Assembly (NCBI GenBank): GCA_965214935.1
Contig: CBDCCS010000006.1
Coordinates: 1 to 35,636 of the forward strand
Direction: 5' to 3'
Length of the DNA stretch: 35,636 nt
Source: Candidatus Velthaea sp.
Lineage (GTDB): Bacteria; Vulcanimicrobiota; Vulcanimicrobiia; Vulcanimicrobiales; Vulcanimicrobiaceae
Shown here: one piece after another, positions 20,158-29,655 of the stretch
Position numbering within the stretch: position 1 is the stretch's first letter
How the letters are laid out: each line of letters opens with the position of its first letter
The notes under the pieces: model-generated
What the model was told of the DNA's origin: nothing
Database searches by the model: none
What the model saw: only the letters and a program-made list of their open reading frames with translations
Program-made: the position numbers and the translations under genes

Positions 20158-21480
20158 CTACCGTTTGAGACGCTGCATGACATAGGCAAAGTCGCTCGGC
20201 CCGATCATCAGATTGGGCACGGGCGATTTGAGGATCAGCGGATAGCAAGCAATGACAATCAATAAACGGCACGTACTCGAACACAGCAGTGCTAGTGCCG
20301 CGCCGCTTAGCCCGTAGCGCGGGATAAGCACCAGCATGAACGGTACCGTCAACAGGAGCCCGATGACTTGCAGGACGGCAATCGTACCGGGTTTACCGGT
20401 CGCCATAAACGATTGTGACAGTATCGAGGTGGCACCGGTCACGACAATCTCGATGCACAAGATCCGGGCGACCGGAACGACGTCACGAAAGGCGCCTCCG
20501 TACAGATGCACCATCAGAAACGGCAGTGCGACAATTAATGTAGCGGCGCCCAGAAACGCTGCAAGCGAACTGATGCGCGTGATGCGCGACGTGAGCGCGA
20601 CCACCTGCGCCGGCGCCAAGGCCGCTGCCTTGGGAAAAAGCACCGTAACGAGCGACGCGTGAAAAATAGAGAGTATGCGCGACACGCTCAGTGCAACGGT
20701 ATATAAACCCAGCCCGCTGGCACTGATCAAGCCGACCACGAGCACCTGATCGACTTGGCCCGAGAGCGTGCCGAGAACGTCGATCGGATACGATCGAAGT
20801 CCATAGCTCAGTAAGCGTTTTGCCGAACCGCGGAAATTATCGAAGCGTAAGCTCATAAGCTTGCGCAGCCTCCAGCCAAGCAAAAATGGCACGACTGTCC
20901 ACGGAGCAAGATACCCGAAAGTCGAGCTGAATGGCGTCAGGCGATGCGTCAAGGCCAACGAGCCGAGGATGACCACGCTTGCCAACTGCGGCAGCGACTT
21001 GCTCAGATTCGACGTGGTGAAATCACTGCGTGCTTCAAGTGCCGCCTGCTGGACGAAGGTAATCATCGTGAACGGAATCAGCAGCAACATCCAACGGGCA
21101 AAGGTAATGATGGCGGTATCGTAGCGCGACAGCCAGGCGGGCAGAAAGATCATGCCGACACCTGTGGCAACGAGGCCCAGACAAATGGCAAGTATGCTTG
21201 AAGCCGAAAGTAGTTCAATTTGGCGCTCGGGTTCACGGCGGAAACTGTACGTCAACGCAAGCGCGAGCCCCAAAGAAAACAGCCCCGAAAGCAAACCCGG
21301 CCACATCGACATAGCCGCTTGCTCGCCACGTCCGACTGGCGCCAAAGAGCGGGCGACGATAATTCCGGTGGCAAGATTAGCGGCAAGCAGAAAAATTTTT
21401 GCAAATAGCGTCTGGGTGAACGCACCGATCGATGATGCGAGAAACGACGTCTTTGCTGGTACCGGAACGTCCAAACTCAT
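20158..21480 (-). CDS. wzx: Oligosaccharide flippase (Wzx/MOP family)
   Basis: Many hydrophobic segments; ARSLAPVGRG, VDQVLV...GLYTVA and LIPRYGLSGAA motifs. Confidence 0.85.
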   Translation of the reverse strand: MSLDVPVPAKTSFLASSIGAFTQTLFAKIFLLAANLATGIIVARSLAPVGRGEQAAMSMWPGLLSGLFSLGLALALTYSFRREPERQIELLSASSILAICLGLVATGVGMIFLPAWLSRYDTAIITFARWMLLLIPFTMITFVQQAALEARSDFTTSNLSKSLPQLASVVILGSLALTHRLTPFSSTFGYLAPWTVVPFLLGWRLRKLMSLRFDNFRGSAKRLLSYGLRSYPIDVLGTLSGQVDQVLVVGLISASGLGLYTVALSVSRILSIFHASLVTVLFPKAAALAPAQVVALTSRITRISSLAAFLGAATLIVALPFLMVHLYGGAFRDVVPVARILCIEIVVTGATSILSQSFMATGKPGTIAVLQVIGLLLTVPFMLVLIPRYGLSGAALALLCSSTCRLLIVIACYPLILKSPVPNLMIGPSDFAYVMQRLKR

Positions 21481-21665
21481 GCCGAGCGCCTTGCGATTCC
21501 CGGCCGGGTCGACCGAACTCTCGCGACTCGTTTCACGTTATGGACATCAGACGGATCAGCTGCGACCCGGGCACGCAAGACGGTGCGGATACGTTGACCG
21601 ATGCTGAGCCGTCTTTCAGTGTCAATCGGAGTTCGACCGTGGTGCATTACCTGCAAATCAAGCCG

Positions 21666-23000
21666 ATGCTGCGGATCCTTGCGTTCGCGACGCTGAGTAC
21701 CATAGGTGTAACCGCCGCCACACAGCGGCATGCCGACGCGCGGGTCGCGCTTGATGCTTCCGCGCGGGTTGCCATGGCCGGCGCGAACGCGCGCGAGCCG
21801 GCAATACCGGCCGACACATTTGTGAACACCATTGGCTTCAACGCTCACTTCGAGAATCATTATACCCCGTACGTCACGCGCTTTGCCGAAGTGAAAAATC
21901 TGCTGGTCGCTGCTGGGGTACGGCACGTCCGAGTCGGCATGCTCTTCCGCAATCCGACCTATGACCAAGAAATGAAGGAACTTGCCGCTGCCGGAATTCA
22001 CGGCCTTTACGTAACGCAAGACGCATTCACCGAAGCGCAAATTCAACAATTTCCCAGTCTTGTCGATCCGTCGCTGGAAGGCATTGAAGCGCCGAACGAA
22101 CCCGACAATGTGTCCGATCCGGATTGGGCACAAAAGTGCCGCACCTATCAACAGGCACTGTATTCATGGATTAAAGGTGATCCCCAGATTGCGCGATACC
22201 CTGTCGTCGGGCCGTCGATCATCAAGAAATGGACGGAAATCGGCGACCTGAGCGCATATATGGACTTTGCCAACATTCACAATTATCTCGACGTCTTCAA
22301 CCCCGATACGGTGGGCTTCGGCGGCAAGACACCGTATGGCGTGTACGGCAGCATTACGTATAATACGAACATCGTAAAAGTAACGAGCGGCGGCAAGCCG
22401 GTCATATCGACGGAAACGGGTTACGGTGCGACGGTCGAAGGCGGAATGACATCGACGAATCGCCCGATTCTCGATTATCGAGCCCAAATGCGTTATATTC
22501 CTCGGCTGTTTTTCGAACAATACCGTCACGGAATCGTGCGCACATATGTCTACGAGCTCATTGACAAAGGCGGCTCAGGAACGTTCGACAACTTCGGCGT
22601 GCTCAAAGGTGATTTAACACCGAAGCCTGCGTACACCGCACTTAAATCGATAACCACGGCGCTTGCGGATCCCGGTCCGGCGTTTTCAACCAAGCCGCTG
22701 CGGCTCGAATTAACCGGCGACACGGCCAACGTTCACCACCTGCTCATGCAAAAACGAAGCGGGCAGTACGTTCTGGCTGTTTGGATCGAAGCATCAAGTT
22801 GGCGCCCGCACGGTGGTGGCGACATTAACGTTCCCGATCAAAAGGTGAACGTGACGCTGGCGCCATCGTCGACCGCAGCGGCGACATTGCTGTCGATGAA
22901 CGAGGACGGCACCTTTGCGCCGCGGGCGCTCGCGTTCGCGAACGGCCGAGCGTCAATTGAGGTCAGCGACAAAATCTCGTTGATCACGCTTTCGCGGTAG
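21666..23000 (+). CDS. Secreted GH-A-like hydrolase (paralog 4; no LamG domain, no lipobox Cys)
   Basis: Signal-like MLRILAFATLSTIGVTAA, then directly ADTFVNTIGFNAHF, EAPNEPD, ISTETGY and the same C-terminal domain. The start is uncertain (an in-frame GTG lies slightly upstream). The 3' end overlaps the convergent GT4 by 17 bp. Confidence 0.75.
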   Translation: MLRILAFATLSTIGVTAATQRHADARVALDASARVAMAGANAREPAIPADTFVNTIGFNAHFENHYTPYVTRFAEVKNLLVAAGVRHVRVGMLFRNPTYDQEMKELAAAGIHGLYVTQDAFTEAQIQQFPSLVDPSLEGIEAPNEPDNVSDPDWAQKCRTYQQALYSWIKGDPQIARYPVVGPSIIKKWTEIGDLSAYMDFANIHNYLDVFNPDTVGFGGKTPYGVYGSITYNTNIVKVTSGGKPVISTETGYGATVEGGMTSTNRPILDYRAQMRYIPRLFFEQYRHGIVRTYVYELIDKGGSGTFDNFGVLKGDLTPKPAYTALKSITTALADPGPAFSTKPLRLELTGDTANVHHLLMQKRSGQYVLAVWIEASSWRPHGGGDINVPDQKVNVTLAPSSTAAATLLSMNEDGTFAPRALAFANGRASIEVSDKISLITLSR

Positions 23001-24102
23001 CTTCTGCTTTGCCGGCGGCGCGCGTCTCGAGGAGTGCGAGAATTTGCGCGGCGGTGTTCCCCCAGGTGAACGACCGTAGGGCCCGTTCGCGTCCGCTCTG
23101 ACCCATGCGCGCCGCCAACGCGCGGTCGGTGAGAAGCGACTCGAGAACGTCACTGATGGCTTTCTGAGAGTTACCATCCACAAGGTAGCCCGATTCGCCT
23201 GAAGCGATCGCATCCTCGGCGCCCGATCCATATCCACCAACGGTAGGTAAATCGGCAAGTGCGGCCTCGAGGTAAACAACGCCGAAACCTTCAACGTCGC
23301 CGGCAATGGCGCGCACCGGCAATGCGAAAACCCAAGCGCGAGCATAGGCCCTTTTCATGTCATCGTCGTCGACGGCGCCGAGGAACACAACATGCTCGGA
23401 AACACCAAGCTCGCCGGCGAGACGTTCGAGTTCGGCGCGTTGCGGCCCCGAGCCGACAATCTCGTACCGGACGTCGGGAAAAGCGTTTTTCAGCGCCGGC
23501 AGGGACGCGATAACGCGATCGAAGCCTTTACGCGCAACAAGCCGTCCGACCGAGATGATCGTCGGAACCGCGGCGCGCTCGGGTGTTATTGGCCCACCAT
23601 CGACGCCCGGGTTGACGACGGCGATCGCGGATCGAATTCCGGCATCTTGCAAGAGCTTGCGAGTAAAGCTGCTGTTCGCCACAATAACATCGGCTCGGGC
23701 AAATACGTATCGCATCAGCATGCGTCGCAGGCCGCCGCGACCAGGTGCGATCTCGGTACCATGAGCCAAAACACCAAGGCGGCCGCGTAGCGGCTTGGGA
23801 ATAAGGCACGCTGCTAAACCACCGGGGAACCACATCGACGCGAGTGTGACGGTACCGCGATCGCTCAACCGGGCCCGGAGCAACGCCACCGTCATCGCGG
23901 CAAAGCCGATTACCCGGCTCGGATTCGCATAGCGCAGCACGCGGTAGGCTTGCTGTCGATCGAATTGCGCGCAATCCGGCAATACTGGTGCCACGACGAG
24001 CACCGCGGACGCGCGCGCCGACCATTCTTGCGCCAAGCGCGACATGAAGCGCTGGATACCGCCGTGGTGCGGTGGAAAGTCATTGGTCACGAGAACGGCC
24101 AC
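22984..24102 (-). CDS. Glycosyltransferase family 4 (PimB-like)
   Basis: TNDFPP..GGIQ, VGRLVARKG and EGFGVVYLEA motifs; GTG 24102 is preceded by RBS aaggag. Confidence 0.9.
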   Translation of the reverse strand: MAVLVTNDFPPHHGGIQRFMSRLAQEWSARASAVLVVAPVLPDCAQFDRQQAYRVLRYANPSRVIGFAAMTVALLRARLSDRGTVTLASMWFPGGLAACLIPKPLRGRLGVLAHGTEIAPGRGGLRRMLMRYVFARADVIVANSSFTRKLLQDAGIRSAIAVVNPGVDGGPITPERAAVPTIISVGRLVARKGFDRVIASLPALKNAFPDVRYEIVGSGPQRAELERLAGELGVSEHVVFLGAVDDDDMKRAYARAWVFALPVRAIAGDVEGFGVVYLEAALADLPTVGGYGSGAEDAIASGESGYLVDGNSQKAISDVLESLLTDRALAARMGQSGRERALRSFTWGNTAAQILALLETRAAGKAEATAKA

Positions 24103-24142
24103 AATACGCTCCTTACGACTTGCGCGAAACCAGAGCGCGCAT

Positions 24143-25336
24143 TCACGACGACCGCGCATCGTCGGCACCGCGGCCAAGACTGACGCCTACAGCCGTCTCG
24201 CGACGATCGCCGAGCACCGCGGCGTACACTTTTTCGAGCTGGTCGATGACGACCGGCCAGTCGTAGGCCAATGTCGCGCGTCGATTGTATGCGCCCATCG
24301 CGCGCGCTCCAAGCGGGTCGCGAAGCACACGTTCGAGCGCCGCCGCAAGCGCGTCGATGTCACCGGGCGTAACAAGATATCCGCCCTGCGGGTCGACCAA
24401 ATCTGCCGGTCCACCGGCGTTTGTTGCTACGACCGGCCTGCCTGTTGCCATGGCTTCGACCAAACTCATCCCGTAGGGTTCGCCAAACGACGCCACGCAG
24501 AAGACGGTGCACGCGGCGATTGTCTGCGGAACCATTTGACGTGCGACCGTACCCGCGAACGTGATTCGGTCGCGAAAGCCGGTAGCGTCCGCTTGGGCCT
24601 CGACGCGGGCGCGATCCGGACCGTCGCCCGCGACGAGCAATCGCGCGTTGGGATTCCGCCGCGCGACGATCTCGAACGCCGCTAGCAGGGTCGAAATTCC
24701 TTTGCGTGCCGACAAGCCCGCAAGATATAAGATGACCGGATCGCCGGACGGAAACGGCGCCTCGGAGAACGCGTTGATATCGATGCCGTATGGAACCACA
24801 TACGTTTTCTGTACGCGGACGCTACGCACGACGATTCGTGCGCGTGCGGCCTGTCCGGAGATTACAACCGCCGCCGCGGCACGCTGTTGAAGGTATCCGA
24901 TCGCATCAAGAACCGCAGTTTTTATTTGAGAAGCGCGTTTAAAAGGCCAATGAGCGACGTACGGACCGAGTACGACCGGGGTTCGCGAACCGAGCAGCCC
25001 GAGCGACAAGCCTGCGTAGACCGGATTGAGTTGGTGCACCACGTCGAATCGCTCGCGCCGATTAAGCCGAACGAACACGCGACGCATTTTGAGCGCGTAC
25101 TCAATACGGCTGACGGGTCCACATTTCGCGGACGCCAGCCGGATTGGATACAAACTCACATTCGGCGGCAACGCTCCGGCGATCTTTACCGATTCACACG
25201 CTACCGCTAAGCGATGACCGCGCGCCGCAAGCTCGGTAATGTACCGGTACGCCAATAAGCCATCGCCGTGAGCGAACGTATCGGTCAGCACAGGTGACGG
25301 ATGGATTATGAAAATATGCAGCCGTTTGGACACCAA
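24143..25336 (-). CDS. Glycosyltransferase family 4
   Basis: PYGID, ARKG and EPYGMSLVEAMATGRPVV motifs. Confidence 0.9.
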   Translation of the reverse strand: MVSKRLHIFIIHPSPVLTDTFAHGDGLLAYRYITELAARGHRLAVACESVKIAGALPPNVSLYPIRLASAKCGPVSRIEYALKMRRVFVRLNRRERFDVVHQLNPVYAGLSLGLLGSRTPVVLGPYVAHWPFKRASQIKTAVLDAIGYLQQRAAAAVVISGQAARARIVVRSVRVQKTYVVPYGIDINAFSEAPFPSGDPVILYLAGLSARKGISTLLAAFEIVARRNPNARLLVAGDGPDRARVEAQADATGFRDRITFAGTVARQMVPQTIAACTVFCVASFGEPYGMSLVEAMATGRPVVATNAGGPADLVDPQGGYLVTPGDIDALAAALERVLRDPLGARAMGAYNRRATLAYDWPVVIDQLEKVYAAVLGDRRETAVGVSLGRGADDARSS

Positions 25337-25407
25337 CGATCGGTCTCGGCTAGCGGTTCAGCTGCGCTGAGCAGCGCGCGCGACGTCAAGCGCCGGCGCC
25401 ACCCGAA

Positions 25408-25986
25408 TCAGGTGTCCCATTGCTTGACCATCTTTACCGGCCGCGACGGCATCGGCAGCACGACCGCTCCGGGCGGAACGTCGCGATTCACGATCGCGCC
25501 GGCGCCGATGACGGCACCTTTGCCGATTCGTAGTCCTGTTTCGGGGTTGCCGATCAGAATCGCGTTGAGGCCGATAATGACATCATCCTCGACGATGATG
25601 CGCGAAGGCGAACCCGGCGTTGCTTCGGCTGCCATCGAAACATGATGAAATATCCGTACACGCCGGCCGATCGTCACGTTCGGGTGAATCACGCAGCCTA
25701 AACCCATATGCACGAGCACCACGTCATCTTCGATTTCGCATTGAACGCACAGCACCGATTTATACAGCACAAAGATAAGCGCTTTAATGAACCACGCTAG
25801 CGGAAACAGCTTCGCTTTGTACGCTTGCGTGCTGTAGTACCAGAGCCGGCCGACCGAGATCGCGCGTTTCGCCGACCCCAGGAGCGTCGGCCGCGGTCCG
25901 ACGGATGGCTCCGCCGTGCCGGTAGGCGCCGGTGCGGGCAGTCCAGCGCCGGAATCATCGGCTTCGAGTCGAACATCGCCGTTCAT
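25408..25986 (-). CDS. Hexapeptide-repeat (left-handed beta-helix) O-acyltransferase, CysE/WcaB-like
   Basis: HMGLGCVIHPNVTIG and IGKGAVIGAGAIVNRDVP repeats. ATG 25986 (or TTG 25989) directly follows the ACP stop. Confidence 0.85.
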   Translation of the reverse strand: MNGDVRLEADDSGAGLPAPAPTGTAEPSVGPRPTLLGSAKRAISVGRLWYYSTQAYKAKLFPLAWFIKALIFVLYKSVLCVQCEIEDDVVLVHMGLGCVIHPNVTIGRRVRIFHHVSMAAEATPGSPSRIIVEDDVIIGLNAILIGNPETGLRIGKGAVIGAGAIVNRDVPPGAVVLPMPSRPVKMVKQWDT

Positions 25987-25989
25987 CAA

Positions 25990-26226
25990 CTAGCTTCGTC
26001 CCTTGCCGACCAGCAATTTTCGGATCGTCGCATAGCTGTCGATTTGCATGAGCTCCTGATCGCTGAACTGCACGTCAAAGGCTTGCTCGAGGCTGAACGA
26101 TAGCGTTATCGATCGCATCGAATCCCAGCCGCTCGTATTCTCGATCGTCATATCGTCGCGGATTTCATCCGGCGCGCACTCGAAAGCGTCCGCAAACACG
26201 TCCTTGAGCCGATCGTCAAGCGTCAC
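25990..26226 (-). CDS. Acyl carrier protein
   Basis: 78 aa and acidic, with a GWDSM phosphopantetheine motif. Its GTG overlaps the TGA of the FkbH gene (GTGA). Confidence 0.9.
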   Translation of the reverse strand: MTLDDRLKDVFADAFECAPDEIRDDMTIENTSGWDSMRSITLSFSLEQAFDVQFSDQELMQIDSYATIRKLLVGKGRS

Positions 26227-28046
26227 GCATTTGCCATTTGCTGCGAGACGTGCACGTTAGCGAACCAATCAGGGACCGCGGGCAACGTAGCGCCGAGATC
26301 GAGCCTCCAGAAGCCGCCGGCAGCCGGATCGTCCGATGCGAAACCGGCCTGCGCCAAGAACCCGCTCGCCAGTTCGTTCTTGCTCGTCGCAATGTACTCA
26401 CCGACGAGTTGTCGTTGCCCGCCTTCTTTGCTTTCACGAGCGATGTGAGCCAACAAACCGTTCTCGATCCCGCGCCCGATCACGCGGCAGCTCATCAGAA
26501 AGCTATCGATTCGCGCAACGTCGCCGGTGTCGTGTACGAGCGCAACGGCGATGATGCCCGCGCGATCAAAGCTATCCTCGAGTTCCGCAAAATACACGCG
26601 CCAGGAGCGATCGTCGGCCATGCGCGATATATCCCCTTCCGAATACCGGCGAGTCGTCAGATTAAATTGATTCGTCTTTTGAGTCAACTGAGCTATTCTC
26701 GGCACGCTAAAGGCATTTGCGCGGGAGATCGTGAGCGTCATGCGGAGCGAGCGCAGATAATCGTCCATCGTTCCGCTCGCGTTCCTGAGCTGCGTCCGTT
26801 CGATGTTCGAGCGATACATCTGGGTCCGGCGACGATCTTCGTCGCTCACCGAAAGCGTATCGAAAGCATTGAGGCCGCGCAAGATCCGGGCGTATCGTGA
26901 GGGATCCGGCGGCAACTCCACGACAGTGACTTCCGGCAATTGTTCGCGAACATGCCGGCACTCAAAGGCGCTGTCGTCCATGAAGACCAGACTGTCCAAG
27001 CCGATGTTGAGTTCGGCTGCGATCTCACGCAAATTGCTGGCTTTGTCGCGCCAATTGATCTTCGTTGCCACAAAGTGCTGGGGCCGCAGCAATGAACTGG
27101 GGTGCTTTTCAAACACTTCCATTGCGTCCGTCTCATTGTTCTTCGAGTTCAACGCGATGAGCACTCCGCGCTCGTACAGATTCAAAATCGCGGCGTGGAA
27201 CTCGACGAACGCCGAACCGGGATGCGACTCCGAGAGTGCGATGCCGTTGAGTCCGTCTTCGCCGACGACACCGCCCCAAAGGGTGTTGTCGCAATCGAGC
27301 ACCAAACACTTTTTGGCTTTTCCCTTAAGTGCCGCGCCGAAAGTAGCGTATTCTTCGGCAAGCCGTTCGATGAAAGCATACGAATAGGGGGCCCGGCCGA
27401 TATGCCAATAGCGCTCGTCGAGCGCTGACGCGTAACCGAGCTGCGACTGGAGATAATCGATGTCGACGACGTAGCTTGCTTGCAAGGAAGCGACCGTGCG
27501 TGCAAGGTCGGCATTGAGCGCGCGAATTGTCGCACGTTGGCTGTGCTCGAGTTGAGCCTCGAGGATTCCGGCGCATGAAACGGCCGGAATTTCAAAGTTG
27601 TGTACAAGGATGAGCGCCGATGACTGCTCCCGGATTCGCGCAACCAAGCCGGCGACGCGGTCGACGAGCCCAGCACACAGACCGGCAACGTCCGCCGGGC
27701 TTAGCGACGAAAATTGCAAGACCAGCTTCGGCATGATGGTTTGCAGGTGCAGGGCGATCACGATCACGTCGGGCTTGTTGCGATAGACGACGCTGTCAGC
27801 GTCGCAGACCTCGTCTTGTACGGCGTCGAAGTTGCCCAATTCAACGACAGCATGAACGTTTCGCTTGGCCGCGCTAACTTTGAGCGCGGCCGGCAGGCCC
27901 GGCTCAAGCGTAATGTTCCGAACGATTGCAAAGCGAACCGAAACGTCGCCGCCGAGCCGGTCCAGTTTCGAGGCGGCGGAGATGGTCCGCGCCATTGTCG
28001 GCTTTTCATTGCGCCAATTGAGTATTTCGCTGCGAGTCGCTTCCAT
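26223..28046 (-). CDS. fkbH: FkbH-like glyceryl transferase/phosphatase (HAD-IIIC)
   Basis: KCLVLDCDNTLWGG, SKN, INWRDK, FMDDS, QLTQKTNQFNLT and FLMSCRVIGR motifs; ATG 28046 has RBS ggagg. Confidence 0.9.
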   Translation of the reverse strand: MEATRSEILNWRNEKPTMARTISAASKLDRLGGDVSVRFAIVRNITLEPGLPAALKVSAAKRNVHAVVELGNFDAVQDEVCDADSVVYRNKPDVIVIALHLQTIMPKLVLQFSSLSPADVAGLCAGLVDRVAGLVARIREQSSALILVHNFEIPAVSCAGILEAQLEHSQRATIRALNADLARTVASLQASYVVDIDYLQSQLGYASALDERYWHIGRAPYSYAFIERLAEEYATFGAALKGKAKKCLVLDCDNTLWGGVVGEDGLNGIALSESHPGSAFVEFHAAILNLYERGVLIALNSKNNETDAMEVFEKHPSSLLRPQHFVATKINWRDKASNLREIAAELNIGLDSLVFMDDSAFECRHVREQLPEVTVVELPPDPSRYARILRGLNAFDTLSVSDEDRRRTQMYRSNIERTQLRNASGTMDDYLRSLRMTLTISRANAFSVPRIAQLTQKTNQFNLTTRRYSEGDISRMADDRSWRVYFAELEDSFDRAGIIAVALVHDTGDVARIDSFLMSCRVIGRGIENGLLAHIARESKEGGQRQLVGEYIATSKNELASGFLAQAGFASDDPAAGGFWRLDLGATLPAVPDWFANVHVSQQMANA

Positions 28047-28313
28047 GCAGCCTCCATATATTTGTGACGTGATATGGATTGCATTCAGCACTTAAAGTGA
28101 TCCGTCCTCGATGACCGAAACGAACAAAACGCCGTTCGTCCGCAATTGCCCGGGCGTAGCGTCGCGCGCCATCCGATTGGCATTTTCGTCCAAAATTATT
28201 CTCATTCGATGAAAGCATCCGCCTAACGTCTCAAGGCGAAGTGTTTTACAGCGCAAGGCAGAATATGCAGCAGTACGCGCGGCCGCCGACATTCGCAATC
28301 TGCCAAGCGGCTA

Positions 28314-29651
28314 GTGCTACTGCGAGGTCACGAGATGTCGTCGTCCTATTCTTTGGCCGGAAAAGCGCTAACGATGAACAGCAAGCGACGACCGGTTGCG
28401 GGGCTGCACAACGATCGGCTCATCTGGCTTGATATCGTGCGGCTGCTGTGCGCTTTGATGATTCTGGGCATTCACTGGCTGCGCGCATGTTATAAGGTCC
28501 ATCTATTCGGCGACCCCGGCGCACCAAATTTGGTTATGGGATATCAAGGGCAATCGCTCGGTTTCAAGATGCTCCCGCACGTACTCATAGCTGGAACCGG
28601 CCACTCCCTATCGGTCTGGCTCACCAATCTCATCGGAATTCTCGGCGGCTTCGGCTGGGAGGGCGTCAGCGCGCTCATAATCGTTAGCGGATTTTCACTT
28701 ACCGTTGCCGTCGGTGAAAAAAGCCTGGCGGCGCGTGGCTGGCTCGGCTGGTTCAAACGACGTGCGCTGCGGATTCTTATTCCATTCTATTTCGTCGCGA
28801 TTCCATTCCTCGGCGCGTATTTTGCGGCGCTCACATTGCTGCGACACGCTCATGGAGCGCTTGCACGCAATCTCTTGGCCGAAATACACGGCCAATTGCA
28901 AACGCCGCTGCTCGGTGTCGTGCTCAGCCATACGCTGCTGTTCAATCCGTTCGCGCGTCAATGGCAACCAAGCTTCTTTGCTCCTGCCTGGTGGTTCATA
29001 CCCGCGATCCTGCTAGCGTACGCAGTCTATCCGGGTATGCTCGCGGCGGTGCGGCGCTTTCACTGGATGCCGACGCTCGCGGTAAGCGCACTGCTTTCGG
29101 TCTGCGCATATCGGCTTGCCGATATGAACGTCTTCATGAATGAATCATGGTATTATATCGTTCTGCAAGAATCGTTTAATTTTACGCTGGGAATTGTAAT
29201 CGGACATGCTTGGCTGCAGGGTCAATTGCGCGCGCGTATCGAGACTATTTTGTTTCGAAAGTCAACATTCTTGCTCGCTTGCGCGTTTTTCGTTGTGGGA
29301 AACGTCGCAAATTGGTCGCCGGCAACGCGCCCGATTGCCAGTATTTTATTCGGTCCGGGCTTAGTGCTCATTCTCATCGCGATCGCAAAGATGCTCGAAC
29401 GCACTCCAGTCGCGGTTGCAGCGCGCTCGACCGATGCCTATGCTTTATATCTCGTCCACCAGCCATTTGCTTTTCCGATCGCCCTAGCCGCCCGGACAGC
29501 GCTCCATTCTTATGGAGTATTTTTTGGATGGCCGGCTTTTGTTGCCATTGCATGGTTGGTCACGCGCCTACTTGGGGCCGTGCAAGATTTCGTCAATCGT
29601 CGCACTGCCTCGGCGGCCGCCAAGCCACAACCTGCCGTTGCTATTCGGTAG
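28314..29651 (+). CDS. Acyltransferase-3 (OafA-like) membrane O-acyltransferase
   Basis: WLDIVRLLCALMILGIH, GVSALIIVSGF, KRRALRI, WWFI and YALYLVHQP motifs; multi-TM. The start is uncertain (GTG 28314, ATG 28335 or ATG 28373). Confidence 0.85.
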   Translation: MLLRGHEMSSSYSLAGKALTMNSKRRPVAGLHNDRLIWLDIVRLLCALMILGIHWLRACYKVHLFGDPGAPNLVMGYQGQSLGFKMLPHVLIAGTGHSLSVWLTNLIGILGGFGWEGVSALIIVSGFSLTVAVGEKSLAARGWLGWFKRRALRILIPFYFVAIPFLGAYFAALTLLRHAHGALARNLLAEIHGQLQTPLLGVVLSHTLLFNPFARQWQPSFFAPAWWFIPAILLAYAVYPGMLAAVRRFHWMPTLAVSALLSVCAYRLADMNVFMNESWYYIVLQESFNFTLGIVIGHAWLQGQLRARIETILFRKSTFLLACAFFVVGNVANWSPATRPIASILFGPGLVLILIAIAKMLERTPVAVAARSTDAYALYLVHQPFAFPIALAARTALHSYGVFFGWPAFVAIAWLVTRLLGAVQDFVNRRTASAAAKPQPAVAIR

Positions 29652-29655
29652 ATCG

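Noticed and set aside
25990..28046. FkbH+ACP as part of a polyketide/tetronate cluster
   Set aside because: No KS, AT, FabH-like, A or C domain genes are present in the window; all neighbours are polysaccharide genes.
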